DNA of 64,000 nucleotides from Squalus acanthias (lineage: Eukaryota), in the NCBI GenBank assembly GCA_030390025.1, contig CM059432.1, positions 125,428,001 through 125,492,000 on the forward strand. Direction: 5' to 3'. The translations under genes were made by a program, and so were the position numbers. The notes under the pieces were generated by a model that had not been told where the DNA came from, searched no databases, and worked only from the letters and a program-made list of their open reading frames with translations. The first letter of the stretch is position 1. Every line of letters starts with the position of its first letter. Positions 25,336 through 38,775 of the stretch are shown here, in pieces.

Positions 25336-25903
25336 AGCTCGAGAGAGAGAGAGAGAGAGAGAGAGGTCAGCTCGAGAGAGAGAGAGAGGTCAGCTCGAGA
25401 GAGAGAGAGAGAGGTCAGCTCGAGAGAGAGAGAGAGGTCAGCTCGAGAGAGAGAGAGAGGTCAGCTCGAGAGAGAGAGAGAGGTCAGCTCGAGAGAGAGA
25501 GAGAGGTCAGCTCGAGAGAGAGAGAGAGGTCAGCTCGAGAGAGAGAGAGGGGAGCTCGAGAGAGAGAGAGGGGAGCTCGAGAGAGAGAGGCGAGCTCGAG
25601 AGAGAGGGGAGCTCGAGAGAGAGGGGAGCTCGAGAGAGAGAGGGGAGCTCGAGAGAGAGGGGAGCTCGAGAGAGAGGGGAGCTCGAGAGAGAGGGGAGCT
25701 CGAGAGAGAGGGGAGCTCGAGAGAGAGGGGAGCTCGAGAGAGAGGGGAGCTCGAGAGAGCGGGGAGCTCGAGAGAGAGATGAGCTCGAGCGAGAGCTGCT
25801 CGAGAGAGAGAGAGAGAAAGAGGCTCGAGAGAGAGGGGAGCTCGAGAGAGAGAGAGGAGCTCGAGAGAGAGAGAGAGAGAGATGCTCGAGAGAGAGAGAT
25901 GCT

Positions 25904-25959
<56 letters not shown>

Positions 25960-26106
25960 GCTCAAGAGAGAGGGGAGCTCGAGAGAGAGAGAGAGAGAGA
26001 GAAAGAGGCTCAAGAGAGAGGGGAGCTCGAGAGAGAGAGAGAGGAGCTCGAGAGAGAGAGAGAGAAAGAGGCTCGAGAGAGAGAGGTGCTCGAGAGAGAG
26101 AGGTGC

Positions 26107-26141
<35 letters not shown>

Positions 26142-26212
26142 GCTCGAGAGAGAGAGAGAGAGAGGAGCTCGAGAGAGAGGTGCTCGAGAGAGAGAGGTGC
26201 GAGAGAGAGAGG

Positions 26213-26268
<56 letters not shown>

Positions 26269-26647
26269 GCTCGAGAGAGAGAGAGAGAGAAAGAGGCTCG
26301 AGAGAGAGGGGAGCTCGAGAGAGAGAGAGGTGCTCGAAGGAGAGCGAGAGGTGAGAGAGAGGTGCTCGAGAGAGAGGTGCTCGAGAGAGAGGTGCTCGAG
26401 AGAGGTGCTCGAGAGAGGTGCTCGAGAGAGGTGCTCGAGAGAGGTGCTCGAGAGAGGTGCTCGAGAGAGGTGCTCGAGAGAGGGCGCGAGAGAGGGCGCG
26501 AGAGAGAGCGAGCGAGCGCGCGAGAGCGAGAGAGCGAGAGAGCGAGAGAAAGCGAGAGAGCGAGAGAAAGCGAGAGAGCGAGAGAAAGCGAGAGAGAGAG
26601 CGAGGCTCGAGAGAGAGAGAGAGCGAGGCTCGAGAGAGAGCGAGGCT

Positions 26648-26701
<54 letters not shown>

Positions 26702-27512
26702 AGGCTCGAGAGAGAGAGAGAGAGAGAGAGAGCGAGGCTCGAGAGAGAGAGAGAGAGAGCGCGAGGCTCGAGAGAGAGAGAGAGAGCGCGAGGCTCGAGA
26801 GAGAGAGAGAGCGAGGCTCGAGAGAGAGAGAGAGAGAGCGAGGCTCGAGAGAGAGAGAGAGAGCGAGGCTCGAGAGAGAGCGAGGCTCGAGAGAGAGAGC
26901 GAGGCTCGAGAGAGAGAGAGAGCGCGAGGCTCGAGAGAGAGAGAGAGCGCGAGGCTCGAGAGAGAGAGAGAGAGCGCGAGGCTCGAGAGAGACAGAGAGA
27001 GAGCGCGAGGCTCGAGAGAGAGAGAGAGAGCGCGAGGCTCGAGAGAGAGAGAGAGAGCGCGAGGCTCGAGAGAGAGAGAGAGCGCGAGGCTCGAGAGAGA
27101 GAGAGAGCGCGAGGCTCGAGAGAGAGAGAGAGCGCGAGGCTCGAGAGAGAGAGAGAGCGCGAGGCTCGAGAGAGAGAGAGCGCGAGGCTCGAGAGAGAGA
27201 GAGAGAGAGCGCGAGGCTCGAGAGAGAGAGAGAGCGCGAGGCTCGAGAGAGAGAGAGAGCGCGAGGCTCGAGAGAGAGAGAGAGCGCGAGGCTCGAGAGA
27301 GAGAGAGAGCGCGAGGCTCGAGAGAGAGAGAGAGAGCGCGAGGCTCGAGAGAGAGAGAGAGAGCGCGAGGCTCGAGAGAGAGAGAGAGAGAGCGCGAGGC
27401 TCGAGAGAGAGAGAGAGCGCGAGGCTCGAGAGAGAGAGAGAGAGAGCGAGGCTCGAGAGAGAGAGAGAGAGAGCGAGGCTCGAGAGAGAGAGAGAGGGAG
27501 AGAGAGGGGCTC

Positions 27513-27546
<34 letters not shown>

Positions 27547-27689
27547 TCGAGAGAGAGAGAGAGAGAGGAGGCTCGAGAGAGAGAGAGAGAGGCTCGAGAA
27601 GAGAGAGAGGGGGCTCGAGAGAGGAGTGGGAGGAGAGAGAGAGAGAGAGAGAGAGAGAGGGGGCTCGAGAGAGAGAGAGAGAGAGGGGA

Positions 27690-27720
<31 letters not shown>

Positions 27721-29704
27721 GGCTCGAGAGAGAGGAGAGAGAGAGAGGGGCTCGAGAGAGAGAGAGAGAGAGAGAGGGCCGAGAGAGAGAGAGAGAGAGA
27801 GGGCGAGAGAGAGGGACGAGGAGAGAGAGAGACTGAGAGAGAGGAGCGAGAGCGTGAGAGGAGAGGAGGGCTCGGAGAGAGAGGGAGGGAGAGGAGCGAG
27901 AGGGAGAGGGGGGCTGAGGAGAGAGAGGAGAGAGGGAGGCTCGAGAGGAGGAGAGAGAGAGAGAGCGAGAGAGATGGGGGCTCGAGAGAGAGAGAGAGGG
28001 GCTCGAGAGAGAGAGAGAGGGGCTCGAGAGAGAGAGAGAGGGGCTCGAGAGAGAGAGAGAGGGGCTCGAGAGAGAGAGAGAGGGGGGCTCGAGAGAGAGA
28101 GAGAGGGGAGCTCGAGAGAGAGAGAGAGAGGGGCTCGAGAGAGAGAGAGAGAGAGGGGAGCTCGAGAGAGAGAGAGAGAGAGGGGAGCTCGAGAGAGAGA
28201 GAGAGAGAGAGGGGAGCTCGAGAGAGAGAGAGAGAGAGAGGGGAGCTCGAGAGAGAGAGAGAGAGAGGGGAGCTCGAGAGAGAGAGAGAGAGGGGAGCTC
28301 GAGAGAGAGAGAGAGGGGAGCTCGAGAGAGAGAGAGAGGGGAGCTCGAGAGAGAGAGAGAGGGGCTCGAGAGAGAGAGAGAGGGGCTCGAGAGAGAGAGA
28401 GAGGGGAGCTCGAGAGAGAGAGAGAGGGGAGCTCGAGAGAGAGAGAGAGAGGGGAGCTCGAGAGAGAGAGAGAGAGAGGGGAGCTCGAGAGAGAGAGAGA
28501 GAGGGGAGCTCGAGAGAGAGAGAGAGGGGAGCTCGAGAGAGAGAGAGAGGGGAGCTCGAGAGAGAGAGAGAGAGGGGAGCTCGAGAGAGAGAGAGAGGGG
28601 AGCTTGAGAGAGAGAGAGAGAGGGGAGCTCGAGAGAGAGAGAGAGGGGAGCTCGAGAGAGAGAGAGGGGAGCTCGAGAGAGAGAGAGAGGGGAGCTCGAG
28701 AGAGAGAGAGAGAGGGGAGCTCGAGAGAGAGGGGAGCTCGAGAGAGAGAGAGAGAGAGGGGAGCTCGAGAGAGAGAGAGAGAGAGAGAAAGAGAAAGAGG
28801 CTCGAGAGAGAGAGAGGAGAGGAGAGAGAGAGGAGAGAGAGGAGCGAGAGAGAGGGCGGGCGTGCGAGAGCGAAGGCGAGAGGGCGAGAGGGCAGCTCGA
28901 GAGAGAGAGAGGGGAGCTCGAGAGAGAGAGAGAGAGAGAGGGGAGCTCGAGAGAGAGGGGAGCTCGAGAGAGAGAGAGAGGGGAGCTCGAGAGAGAGAGA
29001 GAGGGGAGCTCGAGAGAGAGAGAGAGAGGGGAGCTCGAGAGAGAGAGAGAGAGAGAGAGGGGAGCTCGAGAGAGAGAGAGAGAGAGAGGGGAGCTCGAGA
29101 GAGAGAGAGAGAGAGGGGAGCTCGAGAGAGAGAGAGAGAGAGGGGAGCTCGAGAGAGAGAGAGAGAGGGGAGCTCGAGAGAGAGAGAGAGGGGGGCTCGA
29201 GAGAGAGAGAGAGAGGGGAGCTCGAGAGAGAGAGAGAGGGGAGCTCGAGAGAGAGAGAGAGGGGGGCTCGAGAGAGAGAGAGAGAGGGGAGCTCGAGAGA
29301 GAGAGAGAGGGGAGCTCGAGAGAGAGAGAGAGGGGAGCTCGAGAGAGAGAGAGAGGGGAGCTCGAGAGAGAGAGAGAGGGGAGCTCGAGAGAGAGAGAGA
29401 GAGAGGGGAGCTCGAGAGAGAGAGGGGAGCTCGAGAGAGAGAGAGAGAGAGGGGAGCTCGAGAGAGAGAGAGAGAGAGAAAGAGAAAGAGGCTCGAGAGA
29501 GAGAGAGAGAGGAGAGGAGAGAGAGAGAGGAGAGAGAGGAGCGAGAGAGAGAGGGCGGGCGTGCGAGAGCGAAGGCGAGAGGGCGAGAGGGCAGCTCGAG
29601 AGGGGAGCTCGAGAGAGAGAGAGAGAGAGAGAGAGAGGGGAGCTCGAGAGAGAGAGAGAGAGAGAGGGGAGCTCGAGAGAGAGAGAGAGAGAGAGAGGGG
29701 AGCT

Positions 29705-29755
<51 letters not shown>

Positions 29756-29759
29756 AGCT

Positions 29760-29804
<45 letters not shown>

Positions 29805-29808
29805 AGCT

Positions 29809-29851
<43 letters not shown>

Positions 29852-29855
29852 AGCT

Positions 29856-29892
<37 letters not shown>

Positions 29893-29950
29893 AGCTCGAG
29901 AGAGAGAGAGAGAGAGGGGAGCTCGAGAGAGAGAGAGAGAGAGGGGAGCT

Positions 29951-29991
<41 letters not shown>

Positions 29992-30945
29992 AGCTCGAGA
30001 GAGAGAGAGAGAGAGAGAGAGGGGAGCTCGAGAGAGAGAGAGAGAGAGAGGGGAGCTCGAGAGGGGAGCTCGAGAGAGAGAGAGAGAGAGAGAGAGGGGA
30101 GCTCGAGAGAGAGAGAGAGAGAGGGGAGCTCAAGAGAGAGAGAGAGAGAGAGGGGAGCTCAAGAGAGAGAGAGAGAGAGAGAGAGGGGAGCTCAAGAGAG
30201 AGAGAGAGAGAGAGAGAGGGGAGCTCAAGAGAGAGAGAGAGAGAGAGGGGAGCTCGAGAGAGAGAGAGAGAGAGAGAGAGAGGGGAGCTCGAGAGAGAGA
30301 GAGAGAGAGAGGGGAGCTCGAGAGAGAGAGAGAGAGAGAGGGGAGCTCGAGAGAGAGAGAGAGAGAGAGGGGAGCTCGAGAGAGAGAGAGAGAGAGAGAG
30401 AGGGGAGCTCGAGAGAGAGAGAGAGAGAGGGGAGCTCGAGAGAGAGAGAGAGAGGGGCTCGAGAGAGAGAGAGAGAGGGGAGCTCGAGAGAGAGGGGAGC
30501 TCGAGAGAGAGAGAGAGAGAGAGAGGGGAGCTCGAGAGAGAGAGAGAGAGAGAGAGGGGAGCTCGAGAGAGAGAGAGAGAGGGGAGCTCGAGAGAGAGAG
30601 AGAGAGAGGGGAGCTCGAGAGAGAGAGAGAGGGGAGCTCGAGAGAGAGAGAGAGGGGAGCTCGAGAGAGAGAGAGAGAGAGAGGGGAGCTCGAGAGAGAG
30701 AGAGAGAGAGAGAGAGAGGGGAGCTCGAGAGAGAGAGAGAGAGAGAGAGGGGAGCTCGAGAGAGAGAGAGAGAGAGAGGGAGCTCGAGAGAGAGAGAGAG
30801 AGAGAGGGGAGCTCGAGAGAGAGAGAGAGAGAGAGAGAGGGGAGCTCGAGAGAGAGAGAGAGAGAGGGGAGCTCGAGAGAGAGAGAGAGAGGGGAGCTCG
30901 AGAGAGAGGGGAGCTCGAGAGAGAGAGAGAGAGAGAGGGGAGCTC

Positions 30946-30977
<32 letters not shown>

Positions 30978-33900
30978 AGCTCGAGAGAGAGAGAGAGGGG
31001 GGGGCTCGAGAGAGAGAGAGAAGAGGGGGGCTCGAGAGAGAGAGGAGAGGGGGGCTCGAGAGAGAGGGAGGGGCTCGAGAGAGAGAGAGAGGGTGGCTCG
31101 AGAAGAGAGAGGGGGGCTCGAGAGAGAGAGAGAGATGGGGGCTCGAGAGAGAGAGAGAGAGGGGGGGCTCGAGAGAGAGGGGGGCTCGAGAGAGAGAGAG
31201 AGAGAGGGGGGCTCGTAGGGAGAGAGAGAGAGGGGGCTCGAGAGAGAGAGAGAGAGAGAGAGGGGGGCTCGAGAAGAGAGAGAGAGAGAGAGATGGGGGG
31301 CTCGAGAGGAGAGAGAGAGAGGGGGGGCTCGAGAGAGAGAGAGAGAGGGGGGCTCGAGAGAGAGAGAGAGAGAGAGGGGGCTCGAGAGAGAGAGAGAGAG
31401 AGAGAGGGGGGCTCGAGAGAGAGAGAGAGAGAGATGGGGGCTCGAGAGAGAGAGAGAGAGAGGGGGGCTCGAGAGAGAGAGAGAGAGATGGGGAGCTCGA
31501 GAGAGAGAGAAGAGAGATGGGAGCTCGAGAGGAGAGAGAGAGGTGGGAGAGCTCGAGAGAGAGAGAGAGAGAGAGAGAGGGGGGAGATCGAGGAGAGAGA
31601 GAGGAAAGGGAGTCGAGAGAGAGATGAGAGAGGGGAGATCGAGAGAGAGAGAGAGAGGAGGGGAGATCGAGAGAGAGAGTGAGAGGGGGAGCTCGAGAGA
31701 GAGGGGAGCTCGAGAGAGAGGATGAGAGAGAGTGGTGAGAGAGAGGAGGGGAGCCGAGAGCTGAGAGAGGGAGAGAGATGGGGGAGCTCGGAGTGAGAGA
31801 GAGAGGGGTGCTCGAGAGAGAAGAGAGAGAGGGGTGCTCGAGGAGAGAGAGAGAGTGAGGGGAGCTTGAGAGATAGGAGGGAGTTGGGAGACTCAGAGAG
31901 AGGTGAGAGGGGAGCTCGAGAGAGAGAGAGAGAGGGGAGCTCGTGAGAGAGAGAGAGAGAGGGGAGTCGAGAGAGAGAGAGAGAGAGAGGGGGGCTCGAG
32001 AGAGAGAGAGAGAGAGGGGAGCTCGAGAGAGAGAGAGAGAGAGAGAGAGGGGAGCTCGAGAGAGAGAGAGAGAGGGGCTCGAGAGAGAGAGAGAGAGAGG
32101 GGCTCGAGAGAGAGAGAGAGAGGGGCTCGAGAGAGAGAGAGAGAGGGGCTCGAGAGAGAGAGAGAGGGGAGCTCGAGAGAGAGAGAGAGAGAGGGGAGCT
32201 CGAGAGAGAGAGAGAGAGGGGAGCTCGAGAGAGAGAGAGGGGAGCTCGAGAGAGAGAGAGGGGAGCTCGAGAGAGAGAGGGGAGCTCGAGAGAGAGACGG
32301 GAGCTCGAGAGAGAGAGAGACGGGAGCTCGAGAGAGAGAGAGACGAGCTCGAGAGAGAGAGAGACGAGCTCGAGAGAGAGAGAGACGAGCTCGAGAGAGA
32401 GAGAGACGAGCTCGAGAGAGAGAGAGACGAGCTCGAGAGAGAGAGAGACGAGCTCGAGAGAGAGAGAGACGAGCTCGAGAGAGAGAGAGACGGGAGCTCG
32501 AGAGAGAGAGAGGGGAGCTCGAGAGAGAGAGAGGGGAGCTCGAGAGAGAGAGAGGGGAGCTCGAGAGAGAGAGACGGGAGCTCGAGAGAGAGAGAGACGG
32601 GAGCTCGAGAGAGAGAGAGAGACGAGCTCGAGAGAGAGAGAGACGAGCTCGAGAGAGAGAGAGACGAGCTCGAGAGAGAGAGAGAGGGGAGCTCGAGAGA
32701 GAGAGAGGGGAGCTCGAGAGAGAGAGAGGGGAGCTCGAGAGAGAGAGAGGGGAGCTCGAGAGAGAGAGAGGGGAGCTCGAGAGAGAGAGAGGGGCTCGAG
32801 AGAGAGAGAGGGGAGCTCGAGAGAGAGAGAGGGGAGCTCGAGAGAGAGAGAGGGGAGCTCGAGAGAGAGAGAGGGGAGCTCGAGAGAGAGAGAGGGGAGC
32901 TCGAGAGAGAGAGAGGGGAGCTCGAGAGAGAGAGAGGGGAGCTCGAGAGAGAGAGAGGGGAGCTCGAGAGAGAGAGAGAGGGAGCTCGAGAGAGAGCAGA
33001 GAGGGAGCTCGAGAGAGAGAGAGGGAGGCTCGAGAGAGAGAGAGGGGCTCGAGAGAGAGAGAGGGGCTCGAGAGAGAGAGAGAGGGGGGCTCGAGAGAGA
33101 GAGAGGGGGCTCGAGAGAGAGAGAGGGGCTCGAGAGAGAGAGAGGGGAGCTCGAGAGACGAGAGAGGGGAGCTCGAGAGAGGAGAGGGGAGCGTCGAGAG
33201 AGAGAGAGGGGAGCTCGAGAGAGAGAGAGGGGAGCTCGAGAGAGAGAGAGGGGAGCTCGAGAGAGGGGGAGCTCGAGAGAGAGAGCGAGAGAGGAGGAGC
33301 GAGAGAGAGGAGCGAGAGAGAGAGCGAGAGAGAGGAGCGAGAGAGAGGAGCGAGAGAGAGGAGCGAGAGAGAGGGAGCTCGAGAGAGAGAGAGGGGAGCT
33401 CGAGAGGAGAGAGAGGGAGCTCGAGAGAGAGAGAGGGGAGCTCGAGAGAGAGAGAGAGGGGCTCGAGAGAGAGAGAGGGGCTCGAGAGAGAGAGAGGGGC
33501 TCGAGAGAGAGAGAGGGGCTCGAGAGAGAGAGAGGGGAGCTCGAGAGAGAGAGAGGGGAGCTCGAGAGAGAGAGAGGGGAGCTCGAGAGAGAGAGAGGGG
33601 AGCTCGAGAGAGAGAGAGGGGAGCTCGAGAGAGAGAGAGGGGAGCTCGAGAGAGAGAGAGGGGAGCTCGAGAGAGAGAGAGGGGCTCGAGAGAGAGAGAG
33701 GGGCTCGAGAGAGAGAGAGGGGAGCTCGAGAGAGAGAGAGGGGAGCTCGAGAGAGAGAGAGGGGAGCTCGAGAGAGAGAGAGGGGAGCTCGAGAGAGGGG
33801 AGCTCGAGAGAGAGGAGCGAGAGAGAGGAGCGAGAGAGAGGAGCGAGAGAGAGGAGCGAGAGAGAGGAGCGAGAGAGAGGAGCGAGAGAGAGGAGCGAGA

Positions 33901-34027
33901 GAGAGGAGCGAGAGAGAGGAGCGAGAGAGAGGAGCGAGAGAGAGGAGCGAGAGAGAGGAGCGAGAGAGAGGAGCGAGAGAGGGCGCGAGCGAGCGAGAGA
34001 AAGAGAGAGGAGCAAGCTCGAGGGCGG

Positions 34028-34081
<54 letters not shown>

Positions 34082-34163
34082 AGAGCGGGCGAGAGAGAGA
34101 GAGAGAGAGAGAGAGGAGCTCGCTCGCTCGAGAGAGAGAGAAAGAGTGGGCTCGAGGGCGGGC

Positions 34164-34194
<31 letters not shown>

Positions 34195-34249
34195 CGAGCG
34201 AGAGAGCGAGAGGGGGAGAGGGCGGACGAGAGAGAGAGAGTGCGAGCGG

Positions 34250-34289
<40 letters not shown>

Positions 34290-34513
34290 GGGCGAGAGAG
34301 ATCGAGAGAGAGAGAGAGAGCGCGAGCGCGAGCGCGAGAGGAGAGAGCGAGAGGAGCGAGAGAGAGAGAGAGGAGCGAGAGAGAGAGAGAGGAGCGAGAG
34401 AGAGAGAGAGAGAGGAGCGAGAGAGAGAGAGCACGCGAGGGCGAGCGAGAGGGCGGGCGAGAGAGAGAGCGCGAGAGCAAGAGAGACAGCGCGAGAGCGA
34501 GAGCAGCGAGCTC

Positions 34514-34548
<35 letters not shown>

Positions 34549-35122
34549 CGCTCGAGGGCGGGAGCGCGAGAGAGAGCGCGAGAGAGAGCGCGAGAGAGAG
34601 CGCGAGAGAGAGAGCGAGCGAGGGCGCGAGAGAGAGAGCGAGCGAGGGCGCGAGAGAGAGAGCGAGCGAGCGAGAGAGGAGCGGGCGAGAGAGAGAGGAG
34701 CGAGCTCGAGAGAGAGAGAAAGAGAGAGAGTGGAGCGAGCTCGAGGGCGGGCGAGAGAGAGCGAGAGCGGGCGAGAGAGCGGGCGAGAGAGAGAGCGCGA
34801 GAGAGAGAGAGCGCGAGAGAGAGAGCGCGCGAGAGAGAGAGCGCGCGAGAGAGAGAGCGCGCGAGAGAGAGAGCGCGAGAGAGAGAGAGCGCGAGAGAGA
34901 GAGCGCGAGAGAGAGAGCGCGAGAGAGAGATCGAGGGCGTGCGAGAGAGCGAGAGCGAGAGCGAAGAGCGAGAGCGAAGAGCGAGAGGGCGCAAGCTCGA
35001 GGGCGGGCGGGCGGGCGGGCGAGCGAGAGAGAGAGAGAGAGAGAGAGGGGAGCGAGAGAGAGCGCACGAGAGAGCGAGCGGGAGAGAGAGAGGAGCGAGA
35101 GAGCGACCGAGCTCGAGGGCGG

Positions 35123-35157
<35 letters not shown>

Positions 35158-35176
35158 GGCGAGAGCGAGATCGAGC
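22545..35176 (+). repeat. ~12.6-kb compound (GA)n micro/minisatellite array
   Basis: (GA)n runs punctuated by GCGAGGCGC, GGGGAGCTC, GGTCAGCTC, GGTGCTC, GCGCGAGGCTC, GACGAGCTC and GGAGC in successive zones. Confidence 0.98.
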
Positions 35177-35179
35177 AAC

Positions 35180-35309
35180 AATGCAGCGTTCCCTCAGTCC
35201 TTCATTGAAGTGTTAGCCTAGATTACATGCTAAAAATCCTGAAGTGCGGCTTGAACCCACTACCTTCTGAAGTAGAGGCGAGAGTGCTCCGACTGAGCCA
35301 AGCTGACAC
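35180..35309 (-). mobile_element. SacSINE1-like tRNA-derived head fragment
   Basis: Reverse complement GTGTCAGCTTGGCTCAGTCGG..GGTTCAAGCCGC matches the head at 60467. Confidence 0.75.
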
Positions 35310-37567
35310 TTAAGAATGTAATTCAAATGTTCCAGAACAGAATGAGCATCTGTCGTTGCTGGGAATGCTAATCCACTCAGGGGTCTCAGATAGACTGCAA
35401 CAGGGAGGCAAGAGGTGACCGGTGAATTAGTAGCAATTTAAATCCACTTCACTAATTGGTCAAATTGTCACCCCATCAACCCACAGGGACTGATTGCCAA
35501 CTTAAACATCCTCAATCCACAACCATAAGGCAAAATCATAAAGAACAGGGATGACAGCTTTGGCTGATAAAATGCATCTGTTAAATAAGGACATTTGGAA
35601 CGAACTTGAAAAGAACAAAATTCCAGGCATTAACAAACGAATACTGGCTTGCAACTAAGCCCGACATGAAATGAATAGAAATAGACAGCAGATGCTTGGC
35701 AATAATGCATGTTATGAAACACAATGTACAGACAGTAAGGAAACTGTGTCGTAACAAGCCAAGCAATATGGTAACATCCAAAAGGTGCATGGGTGTTGCT
35801 ACAGCACATCCTTTCTGAAATAAAAACCATAAAATGATTCAAGCCCATTACAAAAGCCAGTTTGTAACGAGAAAATTTGCTAAGTTTAAACAGCCTATAT
35901 TTTTCCACTGATAAAATTGCTATTCACTTCACATTCTATCAAATTCCTGGAAAATAAGGCATCTAGCGTCACACAACCCTTCTCTCTTCTCTTTGACTTC
36001 CCTCCCCCACAGTTTATAGAAGCTGGCTGCTCGAGACTCTCAGACTACTTTGGAACACATGCCAGCAATGAAATACCAAGCGCAGATAGAACGTCCGTTG
36101 TTTTGCAGTCAGTTCACAAGTAAATGTGTTGACACAGGGAGTTTGCCTGTAAATTGTGCCAAAGCTCTGGGAACCAATTTCAAGCATTTTCACTTTAAGT
36201 TGAAACCAGTTCACACTACCGTGTCAATTTTCTTCCACCCCGAAATCAGCCTAAACTGAACTTTGAACAGAAAATACACACCCTCAAAAAGAAACTTCCC
36301 TGTAGTGTTCAGTAAATATCTTGCATCATTATTCTGGAGTTACTTAGCATGAGTCATACGGGTACAGACAGACGTGATGCTACAATTTTTAATTTAAGAC
36401 AGGAAAATGACGAGACAAAAACAAAAACACATTTTGTTCACAGGTTGACTCAGAAACAGCTGTTAGAAAAAGAAACACTTCGGTCAGTGATGCTCATGCT
36501 TTTTGTCTTCACGGGCCCCACAGTCCAGATCATGGAGGTCCAAAGGGCACTTAAAGTTTAAATCCATGTATCTATTGTAATTTGCTTTCTCTCAAATGGG
36601 CCGATGCTAACAGAGCTTGGTTTTAGAATTTAGCTAGCAACAAGGCAAAAAGTACTAAAATAACCTTGTCCAAACTCTCGGGCCACAACATCCAAACAGG
36701 ACAAACCAACAAAGAAGAAATATAAGCGTCAATGAGACTTGCGTTGCCTGGGCTTCTGAAGCTACATCCCCACATGGCCCACTAGGCTGCAGTTTGGTCT
36801 TCCCGGACTTGGACACTTTCATACCTACCCATGGCTTTTTAAACTGTTCCGTGTCACATTCTCTGAGGGTTACCCTTCCCTCCCCAATCTTTAAGTGGCA
36901 GAAGAACAGGATGGCGATGGAGACAAGTGTAGCGAGGACTGATGTCTCACAATTAACCTTGGTCGTCGCTGGATACAGTCGCCCAGCATTTCTGAAGCGG
37001 ATCTTCAGCAGGAGATCAGCAGAACCGCCCAAGGAACATCAGAAACGGCCGTACTCAGCTATTTGTCATTTCCCCCGGGAGCTCTGCCAATCTCCCGCCT
37101 GCGGAAATTCCGGGTGAATTCCTTTGTAATTCTTTGTGAGAAAACATCCAAAGGCTTCTGGCTTCAAAAATAGCTCTCTAACATGATTAACACTGAAGGC
37201 AGAAACTCTACTTCTAAAGGCACAGGTTTTCAAACGGAGCTTCCTGGGCTCTAGGGAATCTAGAAGGAGATTCCCAAGGTCATCCAATATCTTGTTTCTT
37301 TTGTACTTGTTGATTTACTTGCACATTACTTACGTTACTGTATTTTCTGTAACAGCACTGCTATAAAACCTTTGGGTACCTGATAATATTTTTCAGAAAT
37401 TAGGAATATTGTCCACTGGCAATGAGTCAATATTTGCAGCGGTCCTCCACACAGAAAAGTTGAAAGCCACTGCTCCAAGACAGCCCCATAAAGAACTGAA
37501 GAGTTCAGTCCCCTCCGTATATAATTTAATTTAACCCCCTTTTAACCCACAACACTTTCTCCCTCTC

Positions 37568-38372
37568 AAAACAACAACTTCTTGTATTTATATAGCGCCT
37601 TTAACAAAGTAAAACTTCCAAAGGCGCTTCACAGGAGCGTAACCAGACAGAAATTGACACTGAGCCAAAGGAAACATTCGGACAGGTGACCAAACGCTTG
37701 GTGAGAGAGATCGCTTTTAAGGAGCATCTTAAAAGGAGAGGCAAAGAGGTTAGGAGAAGGAATTCCTGAGTTTATGGCCTAGATGACAGAAGGCCCAGCC
37801 GTCAATGGTGGGCTGAAGGAAGTGGAGGATGCACAAGAGTCTAGAGTTGGAGGAATGCAGAGTTCTTGGAAAGATGTATGGCTGGAGGAGGTTACAAAGA
37901 TAGGGAGGGGCGAGGCCACGGAGAGATCTGAACACAAGAATGAGAATTTTAACATTGAGGCGTGGCTGGACCGGGAGCCAATGTAGGTCAGTGAGCACAG
38001 GGGTGATGCGTGAACGGGACTTGGGTGCAAGTTAGGATATGGGCAGCAGAGTTTTGGATGAGCTTAAGTTTACAGAGAGTGGAAGATGGGAGGCCGGCCA
38101 GGGGAGCATTGGAATAGTCGAGTCTACAGGTAACAACGGCACGGATGAGGTTGCATCAGCAGATGAGCTGAGGCGGGTGATGTTATGGAGATGGAAGTAG
38201 GCTGTCCTTGTGATGGAGAGGATATGGGGTCAGAAGCTCTGCTCAGGGTCAAAGGCTGCGAACGGTTTAGCTCAGCCTGAGACAGTGGCCAGGGAGGGGG
38301 ATGGAGTCGGTGGCTAGGGAACGGAGTTTGTGGAGTGGACCGAAGACAATGGCTTCAGACTTCCCAATGTTT
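37568..38372 (-). mobile_element. L2 LINE 3' fragment
   Basis: ORF 37750..37998 LTDLHWLPV..KILILVF..GLAPPYL; L2-type tail. Confidence 0.9.
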
Positions 38373-38504
38373 AAACGTTTAAAGATGTTTTAAATTTTAA
38401 TGTTTAAAGACAAATGATGCTGTACCGACAGTTATCCCAAGATTAATACTACAAAACTCAGCCACCAGTTAAAACATGTTCCCTATAAACACAGTAAATT
38501 TTCA

Positions 38505-38775
38505 CATGGCAGCTGTTGATGATTCTGCCATTCCCATTTACATCTCTTCTAGACTCATCTTTTGATTCTTTACTTGTCCCATTACCATCTTCTTTTGCTT
38601 TGTACTATCATCCCTTTTATCATTTAATCTCTCCTGCCTTCCTCCCCATCACAGACCTTCCTTTTTGTTCTTTTGTCCCCCTCCCCCCTTTCCCTGCCTC
38701 TGCACTTGCTTAAAATCTGTTACATCTCTAACTTTTTCCAACTCTGATGAAAGGTCATCGACCTGAAATGTTATT
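38505..38775 (+). mobile_element. Penelope-like 3' UTR fragment
   Basis: Highly similar to 12510-12790. Confidence 0.75.

Noticed and set aside
22545..35176. CRISPR-like regular repeat/spacer pattern
   Set aside because: Intervening sequences are just (GA)n, not unique spacers; eukaryotic context and no cas genes.
21980..35216. Very long ORFs (up to 2998 aa) of Ser/Leu or Glu/Arg repeats
   Set aside because: Open in several frames on both strands because (GA)n lacks stop codons; two run through the N gap; no domain content.
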